Shown here: positions 1 through 12,898 of the stretch, one piece after another
How the letters are laid out: every line of letters starts with the position of its first letter
Numbering within the stretch: position 1 is the first letter of the stretch
Assembly: GCF_036321535.1 (NCBI RefSeq)
Contig: NC_087436.1
Span: forward strand, 12,586,001 to 12,650,000
DNA length: 64,000 nt
Reading direction: 5' to 3'
Source: Camelus dromedarius
Lineage: Eukaryota
Program-made: the position numbers and the translations under genes
Notes under the pieces: generated by a model
Seen by the model: the letters and a program-made list of their open reading frames with translations, nothing else
Databases searched by the model: none
Told to the model about the DNA's origin: nothing

Positions 1-239
1 AAGGAATTCTGCAGTTATTCACTCATCCATTTCTTTAGTCAGCATGCATTTTTAGAGCACAGCTGATGTTCAGAGCATGACAGCGACCATCTAATGTTCA
101 CTTCAGCTTTTTTTGTCACTAGTGTTGTCACTCATACCCCTCTGCCAGAAAGTAAATTCATCTTTCTGAATTACTTCTCCAGTCCAAATTCTTAGTGGTA
201 CAGCCAATCTCTCACCTTTGGGAATCTTTCCTTAGACAG

Positions 240-1720
240 AAAAATAGCAAACATAAAGATACATGTACAAGAAAAATGGATTTCAGCTTTGTTTACAGGG
301 GCAAAACCAGTAAAACAAAAGGAATATTCATCAGTGGGACTATGAATGAACATATTGTGGTTTATCTATGATATGAAATAGTATGTAGCCTTTTCCAAGA
401 ATGAGCTACATCCATACCAATAAATTTAAAAGAATTTTACAATACAAAAGCAATATGGAGAGCTCTATGTATAATGAATTCTACTTTTGTAAAACAATGA
501 TTTAAAAACTGCCTTAAAATGTGTGTTTATATATGACTACATACATTGGGAAAGATATGGAGAGATGCAGAGCTGGCAGTTAAAAATGACAAGGGAGGGA
601 GAGGACATAGAAACAAAGATTTTAGATGCCCTGTCAATAATAATGGCCAAGAGGCACATAAAAAATAAAAAGCCCAATATTGCAAATTATCAGAGAAATG
701 CAAATCAAAACCACAGTGAGGTATCACCCCACACCCGTCAGAATGGCCATCATTAAAAAGTCCACAAACAATAAATGCTGGAGAGGCTGTGGAGAAAAGG
801 GAACCCTCCTATACACTGCTGGTGGGAATGCAGTTTGGTGCAGCCACTATGAAAAATAGCATGGAGATTCCTTAAAAAAACTAAAGATAGAGTTACCACA
901 TGATCTAGCGATCCCAATCCTGGGCATATATCCAGAGGAAACTCTAATTTGAAAAGATATATGTACCCCAATGGTCATAGTACTGTTTACAATAGCCAAG
1001 ACATGGATGCAATCTAAATGTCCACTGACAAATGACTGAATAGAGAAGATGTGGTATATATACACAATGGAATACTACTCAGCCATAAAAAAGAATGAAA
1101 TAATGCCATTTGCAGCAACATGAATGGACCTAGAGATTATCATACTAAGTTGGACAGAGAGAGACAAATACCATATGATAACACTTATATGTGGAATCTT
1201 AAAAAATGGCACAACTGAACTTATTTATAAAACAGAAACTGACTCACAGACATAGAAAATCAAGTTATAGTTATCAAGGGGGAAAGTGGGGAGGGATAAA
1301 TTAAGAGTTTGGGATTTGCAGATACTAAGTACTATATGTAAAATAGGTAAACAAGGCCCCACTGACTAGCACAGGGAACTATATTCAATACTTTATAATA
1401 ACTTACAATGATAAAGAATACAAAAAAGAACATATATGTGTGTATAACTGAATCAATATGCTGTACACCAGAAACTAACACAATATTGTCAATTGACCAT
1501 ATTTCAGTTAAAAAAAAAAAGATGTCATGTCAAAAACAGCACGCATTATATATCATTTAAGTAAAATTTAAGGTATGTGGTAGGTAGGGCATAAAATGTT
1601 AATGGTAATTATCTCAGGGTGGTGGAACTTTAGATGACTTCCACTTTCTACCTTATCCTTTGAATTTTTTAAAATTTACAGTATTTTTAAATTTTCAATA
1701 TTACAAAAATTTTAAAAACT
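240..1720 (+). mobile_element. Ancient L1 (L1ME-type) 3' region, interrupted by a younger L1
   Basis: Degenerate L1 ORF2-end/3' UTR motifs at 240-620, continuing at 1535-1720 (AAAATGTTAATGGTAATTATCTCAGGGTGGTGG). Confidence 0.55.
638..1519 (+). mobile_element. 5'-truncated lineage-specific L1 (ORF2 C-terminus + 3' UTR + poly-A)
   Basis: GAAATGCAAATCAAAACCACAGTGAGGTATCAC and GGAATACTACTCAGCCATAAAAAAGAATGAAAT L1 motifs; A-tail; TSD AGATGCCCTGTCAA (624-637) / AGATGTCATGTCAA (1520-1533). Confidence 0.92.
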
Positions 1721-2769
1721 GTCATAGTAACTCATCAGACCACGGATTTCTCACATTAGAGTCATTTTTAAAAGCCCTGAATACTGGGGTGCTTTCCGTA
1801 TTTCTTCCCACAAGAAGATGTGGGCTGATGATACTGATGTTGTTGCTGATTTTGACGCTGGCCACACGACTACAATATTACACTCTCTTCTACACATCCC
1901 GTTCACCTTATCATTTACTTGGGTTAATTTCACTAGGGAAACCAACATATTCATTAGAGCTTATGTAAATGTTATTCAGAAAGGCTGGAAGGAATCACTT
2001 AATTGTTTAGACCTTGCAACCCCTAAGGGATCATTCTGCCAAAAACAGGCTGGATATCTCTCTCTCCTACCCAGCATGCAACAGGACGATGTAACGATGG
2101 TGCATCTTGAGGACCTCAGCGAAGCACGCAACCTCCAGTGGTCATAAATCAACCAGACCCTGATTAGTTTTGCAGAACCAGGTGGCAGAAAAGTTCTATT
2201 TTTGTTCCAACAGAAAGAGCTAAATGTAATGATAACAAAAGCTTTTTATAAGTGTTAAAAAGGAATTTTAGCTTTTCATAAACATTATATAGTTCAGAGT
2301 TAAGAGTTTAAAAGTTCCTTCAGATTCTTTATGGGGACATAAATGGAGGAAGCCAAATAAATTCCCAGTGGGCGAGGCCCCTGGAGGTGGGCCACCAGGA
2401 ATGCCAGATGAACTCCCAGCAGTGGTGCCAGAAACAGGGTGGAGCTCACCAGACATGACTGTCCCTCCTCCAAGGACAAACAGCACCAGAAAAGTCATAG
2501 GACAAATAGCCTCCAAGGTGGTCCAGCCCATGGTAACTTTTTAATTAAGTTAGGTATTTTGCTTTCGAGTTTTCATAGCATTTTTACATACATTATCCCT
2601 TGACTTTAACAAATTTGTTGAGGATTTACCTGTGTTCTAAGCATTTTATCTTCATAGCAACCCTATTTTATGGCTGAGGGACCTGAGGCTGACAAGTTTA
2701 AAAACTTATCTAAGCAAGACAGCTGATAAAGTAAATTAAAATTTGTTGTCTGTGTGACCTTTGCAGAAC

Positions 2770-2892
2770 ATCCAGAATGCAAGCTCCCTGAGGGCAGGGG
2801 TTTTTGTTGTTGTTGTTATGGTCATCGATGCATCTCTAGTGCCAGCACAAAAGAGGCTATCAGGATGAATATCTGTTGGACGGATGAATGAT
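2770..2892 (+). mobile_element. L2 3' end
   Basis: AGAATGCAAGCTCCCTGAGGGCAGGG ... TGTTGGACGGATGAATGA. Confidence 0.7.
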
Positions 2893-4405
2893 CCTGTTCA
2901 CTAGAATACTGTCCTTTACATTCTATTCAAAAAATTAAAGAAAGGTTATTAGTACGGGGTGTCTAGAGCTTGCAGAAACAGTGTAGATTAAACCAATTAT
3001 TTTTAATTCCAAATACTTTAAAAACAAACATTTCCCACTGATTAGAAGACAGTGGTTTTTTTTTAAGTGTAATTACTATTCATTTTGATGATTTCTTTTA
3101 TCTGCTCTCCTTGTGCATATATCTTTATAATAATTCTCATAATGGAAAACCACAGGGAGTTCCATGGAAACAGGGCCTATGCTTTGTCAAGGAGAGACAC
3201 GCAGGTTCTAACATTTTGTGATTTAATAGACCAGCGAAGCATGGAAGAGGAACTACAGGAAGAGATTTTTAAAAAGAAAACAGAGGAAGACAAGGAAAAT
3301 CATTATCTCAGTGAATCATTGATATTTTCTAGGTGGATGCATCTATGGAGCTAATAAATTCGTAGGCAGGTCTGATGTATCTTCTGTTCTCCTGCTGCCT
3401 CCCACAGTTTATTCACTGTCCTTCCTATTCTCCTTACAAACGCACAGAGACACCCCCCACCCCGCCCTGGCAACCCCCAGGGCCACCCACAACAGCAACG
3501 CTTCACTGAGCACTGACAGAGTCCTTTGGCTTCTCTCTCTGAACTCCCTGATTCCTTTCCTGGCTTCTAATCACTGCTCTGCTGCCCAGTTCTCTCCCTC
3601 CCCTCTAAATGTCATCATCCTCCAAAGTTCCATCACAGTTCTCAGCATCCAGGAACCCCAACACAGCGTCAAGTTATCCCTTGCCACAGCATCAACCCTT
3701 CTGCTTTAGCAAATCTGGATCTCCAGCCCGAATTCTCTCAAGGGCCTGAGGTTGGCATTTCCCCCTTTGTGCATGTCATCTTCCAAAAGGGAAGGTACAT
3801 CACAAGGTCGAATGCTGCAGAATGGTGGACCAAAGCTCTCTGGCTTTGGAATCCAGGAGGTCATTGGTGATGTGCAGGACAGCATTTCTGTGAAGTGCTC
3901 AGACAAGCCATATTAGAAAGCTCTGTAGTGTCCACCCAGCCAAAAGCAACTTGCCTAACTTCTAATCTCTCCATATTTTGACATTACCCCTTTCATCCAA
4001 ACTTTTTGTTCCCAATCCTCATTAACTCAGAATTTCTGTCACTCTCACACCTTCCTTCCTCTCTTTCCTACTGCTGGTACCTATGCTTCATCCATTTACA
4101 GAATCTCGAGTTTCACCCTCTCTGCTGGTGTGTCCTTACATCCTTCTCAATGACTGGGTTCAGTGGATCATACTGAACCCCCCATGACATCCCCCAGTCT
4201 ATTCTCTGTTCCTTGTGAAGTGAACCTAATTCAGTTTGGTCATACATAATTCCTAGAATTGATCATTTTTGTAGGTAATCTAAAAATTTGATATGAGTGA
4301 GACTGTCTTCCCCACAAACTCTCCATTGGGCTATAATAAAAGCAAGTCTCAGAACAAATCCTATCACATAAATGTATTTACTGTACAAATATCCATTAGC
4401 AGCTA

Positions 4406-4927
4406 TGTTGCAGGAAAATGGGGCACAAGAGCATGGCCGTGTCCCAGGTCTCAGGTGAGTCCCTGGGAGACGCCCTACTGAGTGTGGGTCCTTTCACTCA
4501 GCTATAGTTGAGTAAAAGTAGATGTATTCAGGGAGATACACACTCCCCAGAGTGCAGGCCATATCCAAAGGATGGGGGCGGATGGGTTTCGGGTGCGAGG
4601 TTGTTAGTTTTTATCGGCTTGGTAACTCCATATGCTAATAAGTTATTTCAGCTACTTTGGGAAAGGGTCTGGGCTTCCCAGGAGTTGGGCCACTGACCAC
4701 TTTTTAACCGTTTATGGTCAGCCTCGGAGCTGTCATGGCACCCGTGGGAGTGCCACCTACCATGTTAATTTATTACAGTGAGCGTATAATGAAGCTCGAG
4801 GTCTACTGGGAGCTGAGTCTTCTGCCATCAAGGGCCTAGTCAGATTTTAATCAGTTTTTGTTCTGTCTTCAATTGCTGTGTCATTCCTTTAATGATTGTG
4901 CCCTGCCCCGCTTTCCTTCCTATCTCA
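4406..4927 (-). mobile_element. Solo ERV1 LTR, MER41-like
   Basis: 522 bp with TG...CA termini. Minus strand begins TGAGATAGGAAGG and contains CATTATACGCT...CACTCCCACGGGTGCCATGACAG, similar to the MER41 consensus as recalled. Confidence 0.75.
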
Positions 4928-5329
4928 CGTAGGCACACAATGTTCATATAGTCTGTCTGCAATCTCCATGAATTCCAGTTATTTATGTTTTTAGTGCTCC
5001 AATTACCATCATACTTTAAATGTTTAGTCAAGACAAAGTGGTAATATTCCAGAGGCAGGATTCTATTTCCCTTACAGTTGGTATCAGGAAACCAGAATCT
5101 GCTGACTCAATTGCTGGTCAGGGTAATTAAGGGTTAACTCATGGCTGTCATGCCTACTAGCCTTGCTCTTATATCCTATTTATGTGAGCACAGAAGGACA
5201 GAGAGTGTCTCTAGATTATGCCAACCAGTCTACACAACTTGAATACCTTTCATTTCACCAGCAAGAACCCATTTCTGGCATTTAGCATGTTATTAAGCAA
5301 AGACTCTGATGTCAATCTATTTTATTTGT

Positions 5330-5565
5330 ATAACACTTATATAGCACTTACTGTGTGGTAGATAACTACTCTAAAAGCTATACACATATTGATTCATTTA
5401 ATCCTCTTAGCAGTCTACAAGGCACTCACTAATATTATCCCAATGTTATAGATTCAAAACTTGAATTGCTGGTAAGTTCAATTCCTGAGATGTTATAACT
5501 AGTAAATGACAGAGCCAGGATTCAAACTGAGGCAGTCCGAGTCCAGGGTTCGCAGTCTTCACAAG
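5330..5565 (-). mobile_element. MIR SINE
   Basis: AGCACTTACTGTGTG...TCATTTAATCCTC...TAGTAAATGACAGAGCCAGGATTCAAAC. Confidence 0.85.
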
Positions 5566-5909
5566 CCTTTTGCCCCTCGGGATGACAGAAGCATTTGTAG
5601 AAATCGCCTCTGGAATATGAGCTTCCTTATCAGAACTGCAGCTGATCCAGTGAGAGCACTGGAACTGCTTGGGCTGTGGCTTAACCTGACTAATAATGAC
5701 AGCCACCGTGTCCCACTGTCTGTACCAAAGTATTTTAAAGGAAATCGCTTAACACAGCACTAGTTAACTCCATGCTTTATCAGGATGTCAGTGAAGAATG
5801 CTGGTTTTTCCAAGAGCATATTTACTAATTGTTCAGCTTGTAGATCTTGTTTCTCCAATTCTACTGTTTATCCCTTGTGCTGGTAACCATTCCAGGGTGC
5901 TCTGGAATG

Positions 5910-6220
5910 CAGAGAATCGTAGAGTTTATACACAAAGGGGCTTGGAGCTCAGCTAGCCCGCCTGCCCTCCTGAACTTCTCAGTTCTCGGTCTACATCATC
6001 ACTGTCAGATGATTGTGTAGCTTTTGCTTGAACGATACCCGTTTGGAGGATACTCACTCTTGGAGCAGCCATCTGGCCGGCTGACATTTCTGCCTGTAAG
6101 GAAGTTCTTGCTTCCTCATGTTAAGCAGGAATTTTTCTTTCCCAGACTTCCCCTGAATAGCTTATGGTTCTATGTGGCCATTAAGGGGTAGAACGTATGA
6201 AAACAAGACCTGCCTCCTCA
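5910..6220 (-). mobile_element. L3/CR1 LINE fragment
   Basis: TTTGCTTGAACG...ACTCACT...GCAGCCATC...TGTAAGGAAGTTCTT resembles the L3 3' region. Confidence 0.55.
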
Positions 6221-8149
6221 CAAAAAAGTAACAAAGATGTGGTATTTCCTGGAGTTACACACTGCGCTCATGAACGATGTGGTCACAGGAGAAGAGTTCA
6301 CTGTGGGGTGTAACAGCCCAGCAAGCTCACTGATCAGGACTCAGAGGAGAGAGGTCAGCGAGGACTGGTGGGGTCACAGAGGGTTTTGGGAGAGATGGTA
6401 TCAGAATGGCCAAGTTCATAGTAGGCAAACGATGTATTTTGTTGATGGACAGACTGAGCTGGAATTAGGCACCTGGTATCTAAGCAAAGTTCCTTTATCA
6501 TAATTTCTGATTTCTGCTTTTGATTGATCATGACTCAAGACCCAGCTGTGGAAATGCCACAAAGGTGGCTAATTGCTAATTTCCTGCAGTTTGAGGCAGA
6601 AGCACAAGTCAGCAAGCCTTGGGTGATTGTTTCCGACTTGTGAATCTGCCCCCAGAGAGCTGCTGATTTTGAATTGCAAGTTGCTGATTGCTAAGTGGTT
6701 CACATGGAGCAAGACTGCTGAGCATTCCTGGGCAAGGTGTGGATAACAAGTTACAGATTTGTCCAAGTTAGAAAACCCCAGCCTTCATATTGATAATAAG
6801 ACTAATGAAAGAAATATCACTAACAAGAATGCGTGGGCAGCACTTAGTAATTGTGAACAGTACTTTTAACTCAGATTAATCCAGCATTCTCTGTATGAAT
6901 AAAGAAACTCACAGAAGCCACGATGCTCCTAAAATCAAACATTTGGTAAATACCAGGTCTAACACCAGAGGTCAAATGTTCAAACATTCAATTCAAACAG
7001 TAAATCAAGTCAATAATGAACAAATGCTGATCTGAATACACTGAAGATTGATGCATTTTACTATAAAAATTGCATCCCAATAAAATATGCTTTAGTAATA
7101 GCCAAAAGGAGATGATTGAGCCAGTCATAAAGGTGAGTAGTAAATGGAAAAAGAAATTAATCTATGGAGCATCTGCTCTGAGTTCCACCCTTTACTCATC
7201 AGGTTCTGTACATCATCTTACTTGCTGTCCTGCCCTGAAGGTCAGGGAGTTGCATTTACAGATAAAGGATCTAAGAGTCTAAGTGCCCTTCTGGGAGATC
7301 TAGGATACCAACCAAATGTAAATAACTCCAAACTCTAGGTTCTTTCTCTGTTATTAATTTTTTTCCAAAATGTGTGAGGGATACAACTGACAGTACATGA
7401 GATGATATTTGGTGTATGTAGATGGACATCTTTATGTGTTAGTTTCATTTGAACTTAGGGGGATAAAACGTTTAAAAGCATGATGTAAAATGACTTTAAA
7501 AATAAACTGAAGTTTGTAAAAGTTGCTCAATTTAAAGAAAAATATTAAATATTACAAATAACAATACAATTGGCTTGCACATGTGTTAATACACGGTGTC
7601 AACGGCAAAAATTATAATGGTCACATGGAATGTCCCAAATTTGAAAAACCTAGAGCTATATCATGCTGCATCCCCACAGGCAGTAATTAAATTGATCAAC
7701 AGCTAAAACTGAGCCTTGTTCTCCACAATACATTCTACATAGGCTTAAAAAAAAACAATGCCAGAAAAGCTTGAATGAGAAGGGCAGAAATGGAACTTTA
7801 AGCGATTTCCATTCGTAACTGTACATAAATTTGTATATAGTCTCTCTGCTGATGTATATGCACTGTCACCTGGTAGGTCCCATTTGTCTCATGCTGGGTC
7901 CTTTGTTCTGCCTTAATAAACAACAGGGCCTTTGAAGAGCCAGTAAGTTGGGGGCATGCGCGAGGAGAGGAAATCTGTTCCCTCCAGAAAAGAAGTAACA
8001 GTTATGAATACAAACAATATTTTAATTGCCACAACCCACTCAAAAATGGTAAACAGGCCACTGTCCAATACTCCTCTTGGAAAATGCTAAAGACAGTTGG
8101 ATCGTAAAGAGAAAAAGCCATCCCAAGAGGATACGAGAGCTGTAGGCGC

Positions 8150-8550
8150 TGAATTATTCACCTATTTGACAAATATTCATTGATAATCTATTATGTGGCC
8201 AAAGACTCCTATTTGGTAAGGATACAACAGTGGAAAAAAAAAAAAAACACCTGGTTCTTCCAGTAGTGTGCTGGTAAACATTTAAATAACTATTTAAATA
8301 AACATTTCCCCAGGAAGGGGAAAACAAAATGAATTTATAGCCAGTTGCCATGGTGTAAATACTCTCACCATGTCTAACTTCAAGCTGTCAACGTGCCGTC
8401 TCTGATTGTGGAGCTGGGGAAAGATGTCTACAATGGGTTCTTAGAGCTGGTTCCAGCACACCATGAGTCCTTCTCTGCTGGCGCTCAGAGACAGAGAGAC
8501 AGTAATCAAAAATCATACAAATACATTTAAAGTTGCAGCTGTGATCAGTC
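8150..8550 (-). mobile_element. L2 3' end, interrupted by MER63
   Basis: ATTCACCTATTTGACAAATATTCATTGA...GGATACAACAGTGGA, resuming after 8465. Confidence 0.6.
8261..8465 (-). mobile_element. MER63A-like hAT (Blackjack) MITE
   Basis: TIRs CAGTAGTGTGCTGG / CCAGCACACCATG; internal GGTGTAAATACTCTCACCATG...TTCAAGCTG; 8-bp TSD GGTTCTTC (8253-8260) / AGTCCTTC (8466-8473). Confidence 0.85.
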
Positions 8551-8556
8551 TTCCTA

Positions 8557-11232
8557 GGGGGACTGCCAAGATGGCAGAGGGGAAGGACACGGTGCGCACC
8601 CTCTCCCACAAATACAGCAAAACTACCTCTACGTACAGAACAAACCTTACAGAGCACCTACTGAACTTTGGCAAAATACCTCTTATGCTCGGAAATACAA
8701 GGAAAGCCTCACAAAACTGGGTAGAAAAAAAAAGAAAGAAAAAGAAGGAGAAAATTAGCATGGGACCTGTCCCCTGGGGAAAGAGTGGCAAAGGAGGGAA
8801 AGCACCCTCACCCCGGGAAGGGCCGTCCCCAGCTGGGAGGTCAGCTGGGACAGAAAGGGAGCTTCAGAGGCTCAGTGGAGAAAGAAGCAGCCACGTGGCA
8901 GACAGAACTGAGAGAAACCAGCACAGAGGGTTCCTGCGATCTCTAGCCTGAGACACAGGCCTGGACCGGCTGCTGGAGCTCCGGCTCCTGTGGACAGCCC
9001 TGGAAGAGGACTGGGGCTGACAGCACAGAGGCAGTGTCTGGGGGATGGAGTGTGGTGAGGATGTGCTGGGAGTGTGTGCAGAGCAGAGCAGCCGGGGAGC
9101 CCCCACAGAACGCAGTACTGCCGGTGCATGGAGTCGGAGGGGGCACAGTGCAGACCAGCCAGAGCAGTGTCCCCACCAGCCCAGAGGGCACTGCTCAGTA
9201 CCATTGTTGGTGTGCATTGCCCTGAGCAGAAGGGTGTGGCTTGGAGCCAGCAGCCCTCTCAGCTTGCTCTGGAGGGGCACAATCACTGGTGCACGGCTCC
9301 TGGGCAGAGGCAGGGCTGAAATTTGGATCCATTCCTAGGGGTCTCATATGTCACAGGTGGGACTGACATTTGATTTGAACCCCAGGTGGCAGTGGCAGAT
9401 TTGCTCCACTGGTGCCTTTATGGACCTGCACCTGTAAGATGACTGAACAGAGTTCTGGCATGCAGCTAGGGCAGGACTGGCGTTAACCGTGGGCCTGCAG
9501 ACTCAGACCCTGGGCCGGGGTCTGGGCTGACCCTGTAGCTCACAGTGTATCCAGGTGTGTGCCTGCAAGCACACTAAGGCTGGTCCTAGTGCCTGACATT
9601 AGCAAATCTGCACTGGTGGCTCTGTGGGTGCAGAACCTGGGGGACTGCCAACATTCCTGCATCTGAGGTGGGGACAAGGGCAACACCAACAAAGTGTACT
9701 TTGTAAGCCTGCACAATGAGGGTAGTTTCTGGTGGACATCTCCTGTGGAGTACCACTCAGTGGCTCCTCTCCCAGGGGAAGCACCCTAGTCCTGCCTAAC
9801 ATTCTGCAGCTCAGATACACATCTGGAAGCCTCTATCAACAACAGGGGAGCAGATCCGGCCACTGACAGGGCTGGGACAACCACAGAGCAAAGAAGATGC
9901 CCCGCTCAAAAACCAGTGCAGGCTCTGATCAGCATAACACCAACCATACCTCAAATCAGGGGGATAACAGCCAGCATACATGGAGGAAATACATGGCAAC
10001 CATCAATACTCACAACAAAAATATTAGACATGTGCAAAGTCTACACAGGAATGCTCTCACGTTAAAAAAATAGTAAATTAAAAGAAAAGACCTTCAACAA
10101 TACAGGAGATAACTGTTACTCCTAAATTTATAGAGTCAGAGAAATAAAGTAAAATGAAGAAGCAGAGGAACCACTCCCAGTTAAAAGAACAAGAGAAGTC
10201 CTCTGAAAGAATGAACAATGAAATAGAACTCGACAGTCTACTAGATCGACTTCAAAAAGGGAGTAACCAAAGCACTGAAGGAATTAGAGTGGTTATCAGT
10301 AGAAATGCAGAATACTACAAAAAGAAAATAGAAACTATAAAGAGGAGCCAATTAAAAGCAGGAAACTCAGTTGCTGAGATAAAAGCCGAGCTAAAGGCAG
10401 TCAATAGCAGACTAAATAATGCAGAAGAAAAAATAAGTGATTTAGAAGACTGGATATTGAAAATCACCCAAACAAAACAGCAGACAGAAAAGCAAATGGA
10501 AATCACTGAAAACAATATAAGGGACCCATGGGATAACATAAAGCATGCCCATCTACATATAATAGGGGTCCAAGAAGGAGAAGAAAGAAAAAAGGGGCTT
10601 AAAAAGGTATTTGAAGAAATCATAACTGAAAACTTCCCAAACCTAAAGATGGAAACAGATATCCAAATACAGGAAGCCTAGAGGGTTCCAAACAGGATGA
10701 ACTCAAACAGACCTACACCAAGACATATTATAAGTAAGATGGCCAAAGTTAAAGAAATGATTCTAAAGGCAGCAAGAGAAAAACAAAGAGTTAGATGTAA
10801 GAGAACCCCTACAGGCTCTCAAATGATTTCTCTACAGAAACATTGCTGGCCAGTAGGGAGTGGCAAAGTATATTCAAAGTCCTGAATGAGAAAAACCTGC
10901 AACCCAGAATACTCTGTTCAGCAAGATCACCATTTAGATTAGAAGGTGAGATAAAAAAATTTCACATACAAGTAAATGCTAAAAGAATACAGCAATACTA
11001 AACCTAACCTAAAAAACCTATTGAAAGGTCTACTCTAAAGAAGCAGGAATCTACAGAAAAGAGAAAACCACAACTGGAAATGTGATGACTATGATGAATA
11101 GCAAGAGAATAAACATGAAGATGTAAAAGGAAACATCAAAATGATTACGTGGGAGAGGGGAGCAAGAAAATGAAGATTTTCTTTCCATTCTTCTTAGGAT
11201 ATGTTTGAGCCTATATGATTATCGGTCTGAAT
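8557..11232 (+). mobile_element. L1 5' half: intact 5' end, ~1.6-kb GC-rich 5' UTR, degraded ORF1 and inter-ORF spacer; ORF2 and 3' end absent
   Basis: Starts GGGGGACTGCCAAGATGGC (YY1 motif); ORF1p homology 10154-11038; ends abruptly near 11230 with no A-tail or TSD. Confidence 0.9.
10154..11038 (+). pseudogene. Disrupted L1 ORF1p
   Basis: MKKQRNHSQLKEQE..., coiled coil, PWDNIKHAHLHIIGVQEGEERKKG, ENFPNL, RPTPRHII, ILKAAREK; in-frame TAG at 10679-10681 and frameshifts. Confidence 0.9.
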
Positions 11233-11562
11233 TTATAAATTCAAATAACAGACCATTATTAGGCATTGGTTCCTATGGATTCACACTCTGAAAAAAAGGA
11301 ATGCACCCTCCTCATTCTCCATGTGGTGACATTGTGCTGTGTCATGTCTGTGCAAATGAGCCTCCGTGATCGCTCTGCTTATAATGGCATGCCCGCTTTT
11401 GTTTATATGGCTAGCTTTCCCTTCAACATTGTAGCTCAGATATTATTTCTTCTCAGAAGTTTTCTTTGACTCTTTTTTTTTTTTTTTTTTTTTTGCTACA
11501 TGTTCTTCTCTACACTCCCATTGTACCTTGTGCTCAGTATCTGTACTCACCTGTGTTCCATA

Positions 11563-12117
11563 CCAGGAAACCCCTGCCCCAGGGCCCTGATACTCCTCCC
11601 CACGGAGGACTCCTCAGGTTCAAGGGGAGATGCTCACCAGAGCCCCACTCATCCCTTCCAGATTTTTCTTTAGGTTCCCTGGGCCCAGAATTCTCCAAGC
11701 AAATGGTCCAGAGCCCACTTCCCAGGCCTTGGAGTGTGCATCAGTAGGCTTAGAGGTGGTCAAGGCCAGCCGTTTGTGTCCATGTGGATGTATCCTGCAC
11801 ATGCGGGCTGGGGTGTCCACATACATGTTTGCAATTCTCCCTCCCATGTTGGGTAACCAGGAATGGAAAGAGAAGGGATTGGGCTGCAGGTCAGGGACTG
11901 GCTTTCCTTCAATGCCATGCTTCTATGTGGAACTCCAAGGAACCATAATTCTAAATTCAAATCTGGCCATACAGGCATATCTATCATGGGAGAAGGATAG
12001 TACATATCTCATTTAGCAATGGTCTGTTAGTTAGATTTACAACTTTCAAATCTCTGGACGTGTGGAATATGGGCTTCATTCTTATTCCAGGCCCTGCAAG
12101 TGTTATGAGTGGACCTG
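11563..12117 (-). mobile_element. hAT-Tip100-class non-autonomous DNA transposon inserted in an L2 relic (about 11390-12265)
   Basis: Minus strand starts CAGGTCCACTCATAACACTTGCAGGGCC...GTGGACACCCCAGCCCGCATG, resembling recalled Tip100-family MITEs; L2 sequence on both sides. Confidence 0.6.
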
Positions 12118-12898
12118 TCTGTGCTTGCAACTCTCAGAGCACTGGCCAACATTTACTGAACTGTCCTTGCTCACAAGTCTGTCTCCCTTACTAGGATGTT
12201 AGTTTTTAAAGCCTAGCTCTGTGCCTAATGCATAGTAGATGCCCCATACATATTTACTTGTTAAGCAGAACAAACCTGAGAGGATGAAGACTAAGGACCA
12301 GAGTGCCTGAGTCATCTTTTAGAGTAAGAAAGGAAACAAGTCTTGGGGTCAGCAGAGCTAAAGCTGGGTGTCCTCTGCCTGGGATTCTCTCAGGAACATT
12401 TTACTCCCAGTAAAAAGGGGTGATAAGTGTTAACAAGAAATAAACCCTAAAGGCAGACAGAATACAGTGATGGCTTTATTTTCATCCCTAATCTAAATTT
12501 TAGACATTGAAATGATGTGGTAAATAATTATGAAATGATCAACAATTATTAGTTAATTATTAAATAATTAGCAACTGTACAAAACCTACAAGTTAAATCT
12601 ATCAGAGAAATTAAGAAATAAAACACAAAGATAAGAATCTGATAATCAACTCTCTATGCAGGTGGGCACCCAGTAGCTTGAAACATCTCCCCCTGCTAAA
12701 CTTCTCTTTCCAAAACTCTTTGGCCAACACATTAATTCCATCTCACCTGGGCCTCCTCATGTTAAAATCAAAGATCCACAAAGTAGAGAAAAACAACAGG
12801 AGGCCAAAGAGAGGACATCCCACTCTCTGCTCCCCGTGTCTACCCTCTGCTGGCCCTGGCAATGAGAAGGAAGTAGGTGAGGAAGATATCTAGGGATT

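Noticed and set aside
4156..4180. Hairpin GGGTTCAGT-7nt-ACTGAACCC
   Set aside because: A 9-bp stem is expected by chance in 64 kb; no other support.
8388..9999. Cluster of overlapping 60-160 aa ORFs on both strands
   Set aside because: They lie in the GC-rich L1 5' UTR, where stops are rare; no recognisable protein.
11630..12016. 128-aa ORF
   Set aside because: Inside a non-autonomous DNA transposon; no transposase motifs.
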